From NCBI GenBank assembly GCA_963771075.1, contig CAVYSE010000016.1:1-64000 (forward strand): a stretch of 64,000 nucleotides of DNA. Reading direction: 5' to 3'. The notes below the pieces were generated by a model. The model had not been told where the DNA came from. It did not search any database and saw nothing but the letters and a program-made list of their open reading frames with translations. The translations under genes and the position numbers were made by a program. Source of the DNA: a candidate division FCPU426 bacterium (lineage in GTDB: Bacteria; Oederibacteriota; Muellerivitia; Muellerivitales; Muellerivitaceae). Below, in pieces: positions 49,902 to 59,325 of the stretch. Each line of letters begins with the position of its first letter. Position 1 is the first letter of the stretch.

Positions 49902-50990
49902 CTACAGGGGTGGAGGATGCGGTCTGTTTTCCCCAATTTGTTTAGCCTCTTTTTCGTCGATCTGCTGGAGAGTCGCCAGGTCGCTCTTGGCCCAATTCAA
50001 TAGTTTGGTCAAGCGTTTGTCCACCGGCGGGTGTGTGCTGAAGAGGTCGGCCATGATTCCCTCCTGTTCGGCCAGTTCGGAGGCCTGGGGGTCCAGGATG
50101 AAAACGGAGGCGTAGGTGGGGGGACAATCACCCCGGTAACGGTGGGAAATCTTATAAAGCGCTTCCGCCAGGGAGAGGGGGTCCTTGCAGAGGGCCACCC
50201 CGTCGGCGTCCGCCAGATATTCCCTTTCCCGCGAGATGGCCATGCCGATGAGCTTGGTCAGGAGAAACCCAATTCCAGAAATGACCCAAAGGACCAGGAT
50301 GACAATGATAGCCCCCCCATTGCCCCCGCGCCTGGAACGGGTCGAATAGGATGACGCGTAACCCGAGTTCACGCCCCCCGAAAGTAAAGCCCCCAAACCC
50401 GCGTGGATCGACCCGAATATGCTGAAGAGGAAAGTGGCCGTGGTGATCAGCCTGGAATCCTCGTGAATCAAGTGGGCGGCCTCGTGGGCCACGACACCGG
50501 AAAGCTCGGGGTCTGTGAGTTTGGATAGGATGCCCTCGGTAGCCCCGATGGCGCAGTTCCCTTTCCCGTCCTGTAGCGAAAAGGCGTTGCACCCCGGGGT
50601 ATTGAGGATCACCGGGCGTATGCCGTGAATGCCCGAGGCCGCCTCGGCCTCGGAGACCAAGCGGATGAATTCCTTATGATATTGGTCCTTTGGGTCGGCG
50701 TTTTTGGCCCCGATGGATTCCAGCATGTCGTCCAGGGTTTTGGCGCGGACATAGGCGAAATGACCGGTCGCCCACAGCGCAGCGATCAAGGTGGTCAAGA
50801 CCGCGACACCCGCCGGGGAATAGGTGAGATGAATCCGGGGGTCCAGCGACAGGATCAGGATCACCGAGAAGGCCATGAAGTTGGCGAAAAAAATATAAAG
50901 AAGGACCAGCAGGACAAAGAGGAGCACCGTGGCGCGCTTGGTTCGTTCCTTGGCCTCGAAAACCGTGTCCTCGGGCAATTTATAGAACAT
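49902..50990 (-). CDS. htpX: M48 (HtpX-like) membrane zinc metalloprotease
   Basis: NAFS, VVAHEAAH, SREREYLADA, FSTHPP; downstream of lemA. Confidence 0.88.
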   Translation of the reverse strand: MFYKLPEDTVFEAKERTKRATVLLFVLLVLLYIFFANFMAFSVILILSLDPRIHLTYSPAGVAVLTTLIAALWATGHFAYVRAKTLDDMLESIGAKNADPKDQYHKEFIRLVSEAEAASGIHGIRPVILNTPGCNAFSLQDGKGNCAIGATEGILSKLTDPELSGVVAHEAAHLIHEDSRLITTATFLFSIFGSIHAGLGALLSGGVNSGYASSYSTRSRRGGNGGAIIVILVLWVISGIGFLLTKLIGMAISREREYLADADGVALCKDPLSLAEALYKISHRYRGDCPPTYASVFILDPQASELAEQEGIMADLFSTHPPVDKRLTKLLNWAKSDLATLQQIDEKEAKQIGENRPHPPPL

Positions 50991-51111
50991 GCGGAAACCT
51001 CAAAAGAAAAAAACAATTTGAACTGCAAAGTCACGAAGGAAAAAACAAGATTTTAAACCTTATATATTTGCTTTCGCCGTTCTTTGGGACATCGAGGTGA
51101 AATTTTTTTCG

Positions 51112-51675
51112 TTAAAACTTAACTTGAGGCGCTTCCTTTTCCACTTCGGCCGCCTTTAAAAACTCTCGGGCGGTGAACCCGAATGGACCCGCCACCAGAT
51201 TGGAGGGAAATTGCTGGATAAGGGAATTGTAATTCGCCACCACGTCGTTGAAGTGGCCCCGCACATAGGCGATCTTGTTCTCGGTCGAGGTCAGCTCCTG
51301 CTGGAGGCCCATGGCGTTCTCGTTGGACTTGAGGGCCGGGTAGTTTTCCCAGACTGCCATCAGCCTTCCCAAGCCATTCGTGATGTCGTTTTCCGCCTTC
51401 AGGCGGTCCGTCATGTTGGAAGCGCCCATGGCAGTAGCCCGGGCCTGCATCACCTGGGTTAGGGTGTTTTTCTCGAAATCCATGACACCCTTGACCGTCT
51501 CCACCAGGTTCGGGATCAGGTCATGGCGCCGCTTGAGTTGCACGTCGATCTGCGACCAGGAATTGTCCACTTCCACCCGGTAGCGCACCATGGTGTTGTA
51601 GACCGAGATGAAATAAATCGTTAACACGCCTAGGACGACGACCAGGAATACGACAAGCGCGAGTCCTAACATCAT
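51112..51675 (-). CDS. lemA: LemA family protein
   Basis: WSQIDVQLKRRHDLIPNLVETVKG, ENYPALKS, TENKIAY, FPSNLVA. Confidence 0.96.
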   Translation of the reverse strand: MMLGLALVVFLVVVLGVLTIYFISVYNTMVRYRVEVDNSWSQIDVQLKRRHDLIPNLVETVKGVMDFEKNTLTQVMQARATAMGASNMTDRLKAENDITNGLGRLMAVWENYPALKSNENAMGLQQELTSTENKIAYVRGHFNDVVANYNSLIQQFPSNLVAGPFGFTAREFLKAAEVEKEAPQVKF

Positions 51676-51800
51676 AAAAGCCCTCCGAAAACTGGATAAC
51701 GGCTGGAATAAGTATAGGGTCGCTCAAGGGGTTGGGACAGGTGGTTTTTAAAGGGTGATTCGGCCGTTTTACCGGCGAGACCCGGGATTTGCCTTTATTC

Positions 51801-51829
51801 TTGACATGGTCCAGGGCCTTCGTTACTCT
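51801..51829 (+). promoter_or_regulatory. Candidate sigma70 promoter of the dksA-like gene
   Basis: TTGACA-N17-TACTCT. Confidence 0.6.
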
Positions 51830-51891
51830 TTGGCCCTTAAATTCAACGCCTCGACTCTCACCGTATCTCTTTCATACCGACGGAGGAACCG

Positions 51892-52389
51892 ATGGGCTCT
51901 AAAAAGAAAAAAGACAAACAAAAAAAAGCCAAGAAAAAAGCTTCCGTCAAGGCCGTAAAAAAGGGTAAAAGTTCCAAAAAAATCGCGCTTAAAAAAGTTG
52001 CCGCAAAAGCCGCTCCAATCCGGAAAAAGATCCGCATTGCTCCCGCTTTCAAACCTCTATTGAAAAAACTGCAGGATCGCCGCAATGAGATCACCGGCCA
52101 AGTGAACCACCTGGAAATGGATTTGCGCGAGGAAATCGCCGACAATCAGAACATGCCGGGTGACATGGCCGACCATGGTTCGGGCGAGTTGAGCCAGCAC
52201 CTTTCCGTCACCCTGATGGAAAACGACCGAATTGAGCTGGAACGCATCGAACGTGCCATTTCCCGCATGCAGGACGGCACCTACGGACAGTGTGAGGTCT
52301 GCGAGAAGGCCATCCCCATGTCTCGCATGAAGGCCATTCCATGGGCCACCCGCTGTATCCACTGCCAAAGCCGCTACGAGGGCGCTTGA
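51892..52389 (+). CDS. dksA: DksA/TraR C4 zinc-finger protein with Lys-rich N-terminus
   Basis: Coiled coil with DMADHGS tip; GTYGQCEVC...RMKAIPWATRCIHC. Confidence 0.88.
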   Translation: MGSKKKKDKQKKAKKKASVKAVKKGKSSKKIALKKVAAKAAPIRKKIRIAPAFKPLLKKLQDRRNEITGQVNHLEMDLREEIADNQNMPGDMADHGSGELSQHLSVTLMENDRIELERIERAISRMQDGTYGQCEVCEKAIPMSRMKAIPWATRCIHCQSRYEGA

Positions 52390-52447
52390 ATCTTTTAGAG
52401 TCGAATCCGCGATTGTTTTCCCATTAACCTAGAGGATTTAAGCGGCG

Positions 52448-52476
52448 TTGACTCGCCTAACCAGGGCCGATAGCAT
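52448..52476 (+). promoter_or_regulatory. Candidate sigma70 promoter giving a leaderless transcript
   Basis: TTGACT-N17-TAGCAT, with ATG 6 nt downstream and no Shine-Dalgarno. Confidence 0.5.
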
Positions 52477-52482
52477 GGCTCC

Positions 52483-53685
52483 ATGAGATTCCGCTTCATC
52501 CCGCTGGCAAGTTTTCTCGCCTGTTTTATCCTTTATTTATTCTTGATTCCTTCCCCGCTTTGGGCAAAACGCCATCATCGCCCCCCCACCCCCACGCCCA
52601 CTGAACTCGTTACCCCTACGCAAACCTTAACCCCGACTCCCACGCCCGTCCCCCTTCCCCGTTTCTGGACAGGAGACAAACTTTATACCTTCGACGCCTT
52701 GTGGGGTTCCAAGGGAACGGGCCTGGGTAAATTCATCGCGCCCGAAGGCATAGCGGTGGGTCCCTCGGATAACATCTACATTTGCGATACCGCGAACAGC
52801 CGGATACAGGTCTGGTCCAGCGAGGGAAAACCCTTGCGTTGCATCGGCAGTTTCGGTTCTTCCGCCATCTGGCGAAACCCTCCCCAATTCAACCATCCGG
52901 CGGGCTTATGGGTCCTCCCGAACGGCCAGCTTTACGTGGCCGATACCCAAAACCACCGCATCGTGGTGGTGGATTCTAACGACCTGGTGATGACCGCTTG
53001 GGGAAGCCAAGGCGTCACGGAAGGACAGTTCAATCAGCCCCGGGATATAAAGCAGGACCGATATGGGAACATTTGGGTGCTGGACACGGGGAATTCCCGG
53101 GTCCAGAACTTCAGCAACCTGGGTGTTTTTAACTTCACCCGGGGTTCCCTCGGGAACCAGGACGGGCAATTCAACCTTCCCCTGGGATTCGCCCTGAACG
53201 GGATCGACCAGGCTATTGTTTCCGACACGGGCAATTTCCGCTTTCAGGTCTTTAATGACCTCTCCACGGCGGCCACCAATCTGATGCCGGTCACGATCGA
53301 GGGCTTTTACGGGGACGGACCCTTTCAATTTAAGGAACCCTCGGGCGTAACCGTCAACCGGAGGGGCCAAGTCGCCATCGTGGATGGCCAGACCGGCCGC
53401 GTGGAATTTTTCAACAGTATGTTCGAATTTCTGGGCGAATGGAACGCCAAGGATGACATCCTGAGTGTCAGCTACGCACCCCGGTACCGGGGTATCGCCT
53501 GTGATTCCCAAAACCGTCTTTACCTCACCGACTTGCAAAACGACTGTATCGTGCGGCTAAGACCCTTGAAAAATTCCTCCCCGGGCCAATCCCTTCCCCA
53601 ATCCACGACAGCCCCCCTAACCTCTCCCAACCCCACTCCGGAGGACGCAGCCCCCTATGAGGGGGTGGGATACCCCATCCGTTGA
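52483..53685 (+). CDS. Secreted NHL-repeat beta-propeller protein
   Basis: Signal peptide, PTPTP linker, repeated GQFNxPxG...YVADTxNxRI motifs. Confidence 0.9.
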   Translation: MRFRFIPLASFLACFILYLFLIPSPLWAKRHHRPPTPTPTELVTPTQTLTPTPTPVPLPRFWTGDKLYTFDALWGSKGTGLGKFIAPEGIAVGPSDNIYICDTANSRIQVWSSEGKPLRCIGSFGSSAIWRNPPQFNHPAGLWVLPNGQLYVADTQNHRIVVVDSNDLVMTAWGSQGVTEGQFNQPRDIKQDRYGNIWVLDTGNSRVQNFSNLGVFNFTRGSLGNQDGQFNLPLGFALNGIDQAIVSDTGNFRFQVFNDLSTAATNLMPVTIEGFYGDGPFQFKEPSGVTVNRRGQVAIVDGQTGRVEFFNSMFEFLGEWNAKDDILSVSYAPRYRGIACDSQNRLYLTDLQNDCIVRLRPLKNSSPGQSLPQSTTAPLTSPNPTPEDAAPYEGVGYPIR

Positions 53686-53777
53686 CCCGGCCCGTCTTTT
53701 GAAGTGGAGGCCTTTTCGCCTCTGTGTTAAACTCCACCCTCGTTGAGGCCATTCCACCCTTTTCGGTCCCCAAAACC

Positions 53778-54761
53778 ATGAACAAAACATATTCCATTGT
53801 TACCGGGGGAGCCGGTTTTGTAGGTTCCCATCTTTGTGACTTCCTCGTCGGCCAAGGCCACTACGTGGTTTGCGTGGATAATCTCATCACAGGCAAGATG
53901 GAGAATATAGCCCACCTGAAAAGCCACTCCCATTTCCGGTTTGTGAAGCGCGACGTCATTAAAAAGCTTCCCCGTTTCTTAAGTAATATCACCCGGGGGT
54001 TTCCCCGATTCTTTCCCAAGGCGGATTACGTTTTCCATTTGGCCTCTCCCGCATCCCCGGTGGGATACATGAAAAATTCCATCCAAACCATTCTGGTTAA
54101 TTCAATGGGCAGCCTGCAATTGTTGGAGTACTGCCGCAAGCGAAAAACCAAGTTCCTTTTCGCGTCTACTTCGGAAGTGTACGGCAACCCCAGTGTGCAT
54201 CCCCAGGTGGAAAGCTATTGGGGAAACGTGAATTCTTTCGGGCCCCGTTCTTGTTACGACGAGAGCAAGCGGCTGGGGGAGGCCATCATTTACGAGTACA
54301 TTCATAAATTTGACGTGGACGCCCGGATCGTCCGTATCTTTAACACTTACGGCCCCCGGTTGAACGAAAATGACGGGAGGGTGGTTTCAAACCTCATCAC
54401 CCAGGCCCTGGCAGGTGAATCGCTGACCCTATACGGCGACGGCTCCCAAACGCGAAGTTTCTGCTACGTTTCCGACCTGGTTCGGGGCCTATGGGCGGCC
54501 ATTTCCTCGGAGGGAACCCAGGGGGAAATTTTTAACCTGGGCAACCCCCAAGAAACCAGTATCAGGGAATTCGCCCAAACGGTCTCCAAGCTTTGTGGAA
54601 ATCGCGGGATCAAAACGATCCATAAGCCCCTTCCCCAGGACGACCCCATCCGCCGTAAACCCGATATTTCCAAGGCCATCAAGAAGTTGAACTGGAAACC
54701 CGTTGTTTCGTTAAAAGAAGGCCTGGGTTACACCATTGATTATTACCGCGGTAGAATATAA
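53778..54761 (+). CDS. UDP-glucuronate decarboxylase-like extended SDR
   Basis: VTGGAGFVGSHL, HLASPASP, ASTSEVYG, GPRSCYDESKR, DGRVVSN, QDDPIRRKPD. Confidence 0.93.
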   Translation: MNKTYSIVTGGAGFVGSHLCDFLVGQGHYVVCVDNLITGKMENIAHLKSHSHFRFVKRDVIKKLPRFLSNITRGFPRFFPKADYVFHLASPASPVGYMKNSIQTILVNSMGSLQLLEYCRKRKTKFLFASTSEVYGNPSVHPQVESYWGNVNSFGPRSCYDESKRLGEAIIYEYIHKFDVDARIVRIFNTYGPRLNENDGRVVSNLITQALAGESLTLYGDGSQTRSFCYVSDLVRGLWAAISSEGTQGEIFNLGNPQETSIREFAQTVSKLCGNRGIKTIHKPLPQDDPIRRKPDISKAIKKLNWKPVVSLKEGLGYTIDYYRGRI

Positions 54762-54875
54762 TCTTAACGACCCGATCCATTTGGGTTTGTTAAAAAAGGG
54801 TTGTTACCCCAAAGAACTCTTTTGTTTTTGGGAAGCGACTAGATCGGTCCGGGCTATTTCCCATTTGAGGTCTTC

Positions 54876-56411
54876 ATGAAAACCGCCGTTCTTTATCCTC
54901 CCTTTCGCAAAAACGGGGAGCTTCCTCTTCTTACCCAAAACCGTCACCTGAAATTCTCCAAAAGCCTGGAAGTTCGTATCTTCCCCCTAGTCCCGGGACA
55001 TTTGGCCACCAACCTGAAACATCTGGGGCACGAAGTGCTTTGGCTGGACGGTATTAACCGACGCATGTCCGATGAGGAATTCGACAAACACCTGGACGAT
55101 TTCAAGCCCGAGATCGTATTCCTGGAAACCAAGGCCCCTGTTGTCAAGCGGCACTGGGATTACGTCGCGGAGCTCAAGACCCGATATCCCGGGGTTAAGA
55201 CTGTTCTCATGGGCGACCATGTGACTTATTTCCCGGAGGAATCCATCCTGAATTCCCAAGTGGATTACGTCATCACCGGCGGAGATTACGATATTGTGGG
55301 CCGCAACCTGGTCCAGCATTTGGCGGGCAAGGAACCCCTGGGCCCGGGGCTTTGGTACCGTGACGCTTCGGGCAAGGCCGCTACGACCGGACCCCACAAA
55401 CTCACCGACGCTTTGGATTCCCTCCCCTTTATCGACCGGGAACTCACGCGGTTTCTTGATTATGGCGAGGCCTACCTTCTTCGCCCAACCGCCTACATCC
55501 TCACGGGCCGGGGCTGCGGAGCCTCCGAACATTCCCCCGGGGGAGTGGGGTTATGCACCTTTTGCATTTGGCAACACGCCCTTTGGGGCAAGACCGCCCG
55601 GCTTCGTTCCCCCGCCAACGTGGCCGCCGAGATGGAAATTTGCGTCAACCAGCACGGGGTCTGGGAATTCTTCGATGACAACGAGTCCGGGCCCATCTAT
55701 AACCTCGAATGGCTCAAGGAATTTCATAAAGAACTCAAGGCCCGGAACCTTCTGGGCCGTTTCCAATTCTCGTCAAACTGCCGGGCGGACACCCTCAATG
55801 AAGAAGTGGTGGACTGGCTGGTGAAATGCGGCTGGCGCCTCCTCAAGATCGGTTTGGAATCGGGTTCGGATTACACCATCAAGCACCTGGCCAAGTGCGA
55901 GACCGTGGACCTGATCAGTAACGGCGTCAAGATGGCCAAGGACCGCGGCTTGAAGGTACTGTTGACCACCATGATGGGATATCCCTGGGAAACCGAGGAA
56001 GACGTACGCAAGACCTACGAGGTCACACGGGAGCTTTTGTATTATAAGGTCCGCGCCGGGGACTGCATGCAGGCCTCGGTCGTGGTGGCTTACCCGGGCT
56101 CGCCCCTTTGGCGGGAATCGGTGAACAAAGGGTGGCTCTTGATAGGGGAGAAGGACTACGAGAAATACGACATGAGCCATCCCATATTGAGGTCACCCAT
56201 CAACGCGAGTGAGTGGGCGACAAAGACCTGGAATCTGATGAAACACCCGAAGTTCGTATTAGGCCAGTTATTGACCGTTCGTTCCTTCCGGGAACTTAAT
56301 CTATTATGGCGGGGTTTGCAGTCCTTGTTGGGACACGTGAAGGATTATGGCGACCCCTTGCCGGAAAGCGCAGATCCGCATGGCACGCCCCAAGTCGAAG
56401 CCTCCCGTTGA
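54876..56411 (+). CDS. B12-binding radical SAM protein with atypical CX12CX2C motif
   Basis: N-terminal cobalamin-binding-like domain, LPFIDR, GRGCGASEHSPGGVGLCTFC, FFDDNE, IGLESGS, MMGYPWET. Confidence 0.88.
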   Translation: MKTAVLYPPFRKNGELPLLTQNRHLKFSKSLEVRIFPLVPGHLATNLKHLGHEVLWLDGINRRMSDEEFDKHLDDFKPEIVFLETKAPVVKRHWDYVAELKTRYPGVKTVLMGDHVTYFPEESILNSQVDYVITGGDYDIVGRNLVQHLAGKEPLGPGLWYRDASGKAATTGPHKLTDALDSLPFIDRELTRFLDYGEAYLLRPTAYILTGRGCGASEHSPGGVGLCTFCIWQHALWGKTARLRSPANVAAEMEICVNQHGVWEFFDDNESGPIYNLEWLKEFHKELKARNLLGRFQFSSNCRADTLNEEVVDWLVKCGWRLLKIGLESGSDYTIKHLAKCETVDLISNGVKMAKDRGLKVLLTTMMGYPWETEEDVRKTYEVTRELLYYKVRAGDCMQASVVVAYPGSPLWRESVNKGWLLIGEKDYEKYDMSHPILRSPINASEWATKTWNLMKHPKFVLGQLLTVRSFRELNLLWRGLQSLLGHVKDYGDPLPESADPHGTPQVEASR

Positions 56412-57036
56412 AGTAAAAGCCGCCCCTACGGTTCCATTAAAAGAATCCACACCCCGCTGGAAGGTCTTCCTGGCCCTGGGGATTCTGGGGGTCTGCCTGC
56501 TGGTCTTGTTCCTCTTTTCCAGCGGGATATTGCGGGATCTCTTTGCCGGGCCCAAAATCCCCCTTCCCCGCCAGGTGGCGCAAATCACCCTGGGGCAAAC
56601 CCTGGAGGAACTTCAACCCCGATTTACGGGCCTGAAGAAACTGCTACGACCCTACAATAACGACCCACAATTCCAGATCGCCACCCTCACGCCCCAAGAT
56701 GGCCTGACGGGACTTGCCAAAGTGGATTTCATTTTTTTCCATAACCAGCTTTATTTTATCTCCGCGGAATGGGACGGGGCCGACGCCAAGGCCCTGCCGG
56801 TGGAGGGTTGGGCCCACCAATTCCGCCGCTGGAGCAAGGTCCGCCATCCCCAAACCGAAAAGCTGAACGATCAGGTTAAACTCAACGAATGGTATTTCGC
56901 CGACGGCTCGACGGAAATGACCGTCATGCACCTGGATTACCCCGGCAACAACCAGACCCTCCAACAACTGAGGGACGCCACGAATTCGCCCGCCCAGGCG
57001 GCCTTTGCCAAATACCGCCTTGAAACGGACGGGTGA
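56380..57036 (+). CDS. Membrane-anchored hypothetical protein
   Basis: One TM helix followed by a soluble domain; between the two radical SAM genes. Confidence 0.6.
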   Translation: MARPKSKPPVEVKAAPTVPLKESTPRWKVFLALGILGVCLLVLFLFSSGILRDLFAGPKIPLPRQVAQITLGQTLEELQPRFTGLKKLLRPYNNDPQFQIATLTPQDGLTGLAKVDFIFFHNQLYFISAEWDGADAKALPVEGWAHQFRRWSKVRHPQTEKLNDQVKLNEWYFADGSTEMTVMHLDYPGNNQTLQQLRDATNSPAQAAFAKYRLETDG

Positions 57037-57153
57037 GAATAGACGGCAACCGGTGGTGAATGCCCTTATTCTCGATCCACATTCTTTCCAACATCGATTT
57101 CCAGGCCTTGAGAATCCGAAGGGAAGTCTTTAAGCTTTTAAGGGGAGAAAACA

Positions 57154-58632
57154 ATGCCTGACAATCTTCGAATTCTATTGGTCAATCCATCCCGCGTCAA
57201 AGGCCTGCCGGTCGTGCGCGAGGAACGCTACGAGCATCGTGATGTAGGCTCGGTTTATCCCCCCCTTTCCATCCTTCAAGGCGCCGCATCCCTTCGAAAA
57301 GTCGGCTTTGATGTCAAGGTTCTGGACTGTAACGGTTTTGATCTAAGGTTGGAGGAAGTAGGCCGCACCCTCAGCTCTTGGCAACCCCATTTGGTGGTCG
57401 CCCGCATGGCCTTCGACTGTCAGGAAGAGGATTTAAAGGTACTCCAGATCGCCAAGGCTGCCGTCCCGAAATGCGTCACCGCGATTCGAAATAAGATCAT
57501 TTCCGAGGTTCCGTGGTTCCTGGAAGAGGTCGTCAAACGCCCCGAGGTGGACCTATATATCATGTCCGAACTGGACGTGGTTTTGCCCAACCTGGCGGCT
57601 GTCATGCAATCAGCCCTTTCCGAAAAGGGGGAACTGCCGCCTCTCTCCACTGAATGGTTCTCGTCCGTTCCCGGGCTCGCTTACCAAACCCAAAACGGGC
57701 TGTCTAAAACCCTTCCCGCTCCCCTGATGAACGTGGAGGATGCGCCCTTCCCTGCTTATGACCTTTTGCCTTCCATCGAACCCTACCACACGGGCGTTTT
57801 CCAGGATCATTTCGTGATGATTCAGACCTCCCGGGGCTGCCCCTTCGGCTGTACCTTCTGCGCCTACGCCCTGGAAAAATACCGCCCCCGCCCCCACCAG
57901 CATGTCGCGGAAGAGTTGAAATGGCTTAAAAAGGATTTTGGCGCCCGGAATGTCCTGTTCTTTGACGATTTGCTGGCCTTGAATTCGGCGCGCACCGCCG
58001 ATCTGGCCGAACAGTTGATCAAAGACGAAGTCAATATGGACTGGGTCTGCTGCACCCGCGCCAACTTGACCGATGTCCCCTCCCTCAAAAAGATGCGCGA
58101 GTCGGGCTGTCGGGAACTGGCGGTCGGCATCGAGAGCGGATCCGAGATGATCCTCAAGAAAATCAACAAGGGCGTGTCCAAGGACGACATCCGCGCTTGC
58201 GCCAGCGCGTGCAAGGAAGCGGACATTCTCTTTTACGGCATGACTATTTGCGGGTTGCCCGGCGAGACGGAGGATACCTGGCGAGAGACCATCAACTTCA
58301 TCAAGGAAATCGACCCCTTCTATACCCAATTCTGCTTCTCCACCCCCTTCCCTAACACCGAAATGTACCCATGGTATGAAGAGAACAAATGCCTGAACCA
58401 CAAGGATTGGAGCCAATATTCTCCATTGGCTGCCCAGCCGGTCGTTCGCACCGAAGCCTTGTCTACTCAGGACCTGATACGCTTGCGGCAGATGGCATAC
58501 AAGGAAATCCTCTTCAGGCCCAAATACCTGCTTTCCAAAATTCGGTTGACCGACCCCCTTTGGACCCTCAAGGGCGGCTGGGAAATGGCCAAGCGCGGGG
58601 CTGCGGTCCTTACGGGACAAGCCGTTCGGTAG
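57154..58632 (+). CDS. B12-binding radical SAM protein
   Basis: YPPLSI, TSRGCPFGCTFC, FFDDL, VGIESGS, GLPGET, PFPNTE. Confidence 0.92.
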   Translation: MPDNLRILLVNPSRVKGLPVVREERYEHRDVGSVYPPLSILQGAASLRKVGFDVKVLDCNGFDLRLEEVGRTLSSWQPHLVVARMAFDCQEEDLKVLQIAKAAVPKCVTAIRNKIISEVPWFLEEVVKRPEVDLYIMSELDVVLPNLAAVMQSALSEKGELPPLSTEWFSSVPGLAYQTQNGLSKTLPAPLMNVEDAPFPAYDLLPSIEPYHTGVFQDHFVMIQTSRGCPFGCTFCAYALEKYRPRPHQHVAEELKWLKKDFGARNVLFFDDLLALNSARTADLAEQLIKDEVNMDWVCCTRANLTDVPSLKKMRESGCRELAVGIESGSEMILKKINKGVSKDDIRACASACKEADILFYGMTICGLPGETEDTWRETINFIKEIDPFYTQFCFSTPFPNTEMYPWYEENKCLNHKDWSQYSPLAAQPVVRTEALSTQDLIRLRQMAYKEILFRPKYLLSKIRLTDPLWTLKGGWEMAKRGAAVLTGQAVR

Positions 58633-58727
58633 ATTTTTCAGTTCAACGCTTGTGCCAGATTTACAATAGTCCTCGTCGATTACTCCACGACACCCACCTC
58701 GCCTTTCATCCTACCTCGGAGGTTATT

Positions 58728-59012
58728 ATGTCCACTTACTTCATGCTGGGGAAATACACGCCCGAATCCTTGAAAAACGTCAGTGAAGCCCGTACCACAA
58801 AAGTACTGAGCCAAATTAAAAAGTTGGGCGGACGGGTAAAGGACGTTTACGCGCTGCTAGGTTCCTATGATCTGGTCCTCATCGTGGATTTGCCAAACAT
58901 CGAAGCGGCCATGAAAGCTTCCCTTATCTTGAGCCGCCTGACGGGGATCGGTTTCACTTCCTCACCCGCCATCAAGGTTGAGGAATTCGATAAATTGGCC
59001 ACAGCACTTTAA
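58728..59012 (+). CDS. GYD domain protein
   Basis: MSTYFMLGKYT...LGGRVKDVYALLGSYDLVLIV; GGAGG Shine-Dalgarno upstream. Confidence 0.85.
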   Translation: MSTYFMLGKYTPESLKNVSEARTTKVLSQIKKLGGRVKDVYALLGSYDLVLIVDLPNIEAAMKASLILSRLTGIGFTSSPAIKVEEFDKLATAL

Positions 59013-59078
59013 TTTTCTTTGCTGAATTCAAGTTTTTCGAATTCACTTTGAAACCCGACCAAAATCGTTTTCAGTCTC

Positions 59079-59113
59079 AAACAAACATCCACCCCCCAAG
59101 TGGATGTTTGTTT
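59079..59113 (+). terminator. Perfect 14-bp hairpin; candidate terminator or operator
   Basis: AAACAAACATCCAC-N7-GTGGATGTTTGTTT followed by a pyrimidine-rich tract. Confidence 0.5.
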
Positions 59114-59325
59114 CTCCCTTTTTTGTCCCCATTTTATTTTTTCACGCGAATTCGCAAAGGGTAATCGTTATAACTTAACGCAAGGAATTTCAAATCCCAC
59201 AATTTCTCTTTTTAAAAAACTGAAAACGGTCCCAATTTATTTTCAAACCTAACTTTTCTCATTATTATTCCCCTGCCCACTCCTGAAAGAGAGGGCGTCT
59301 TAAAATCTTTTTAGAGGAATTAATT

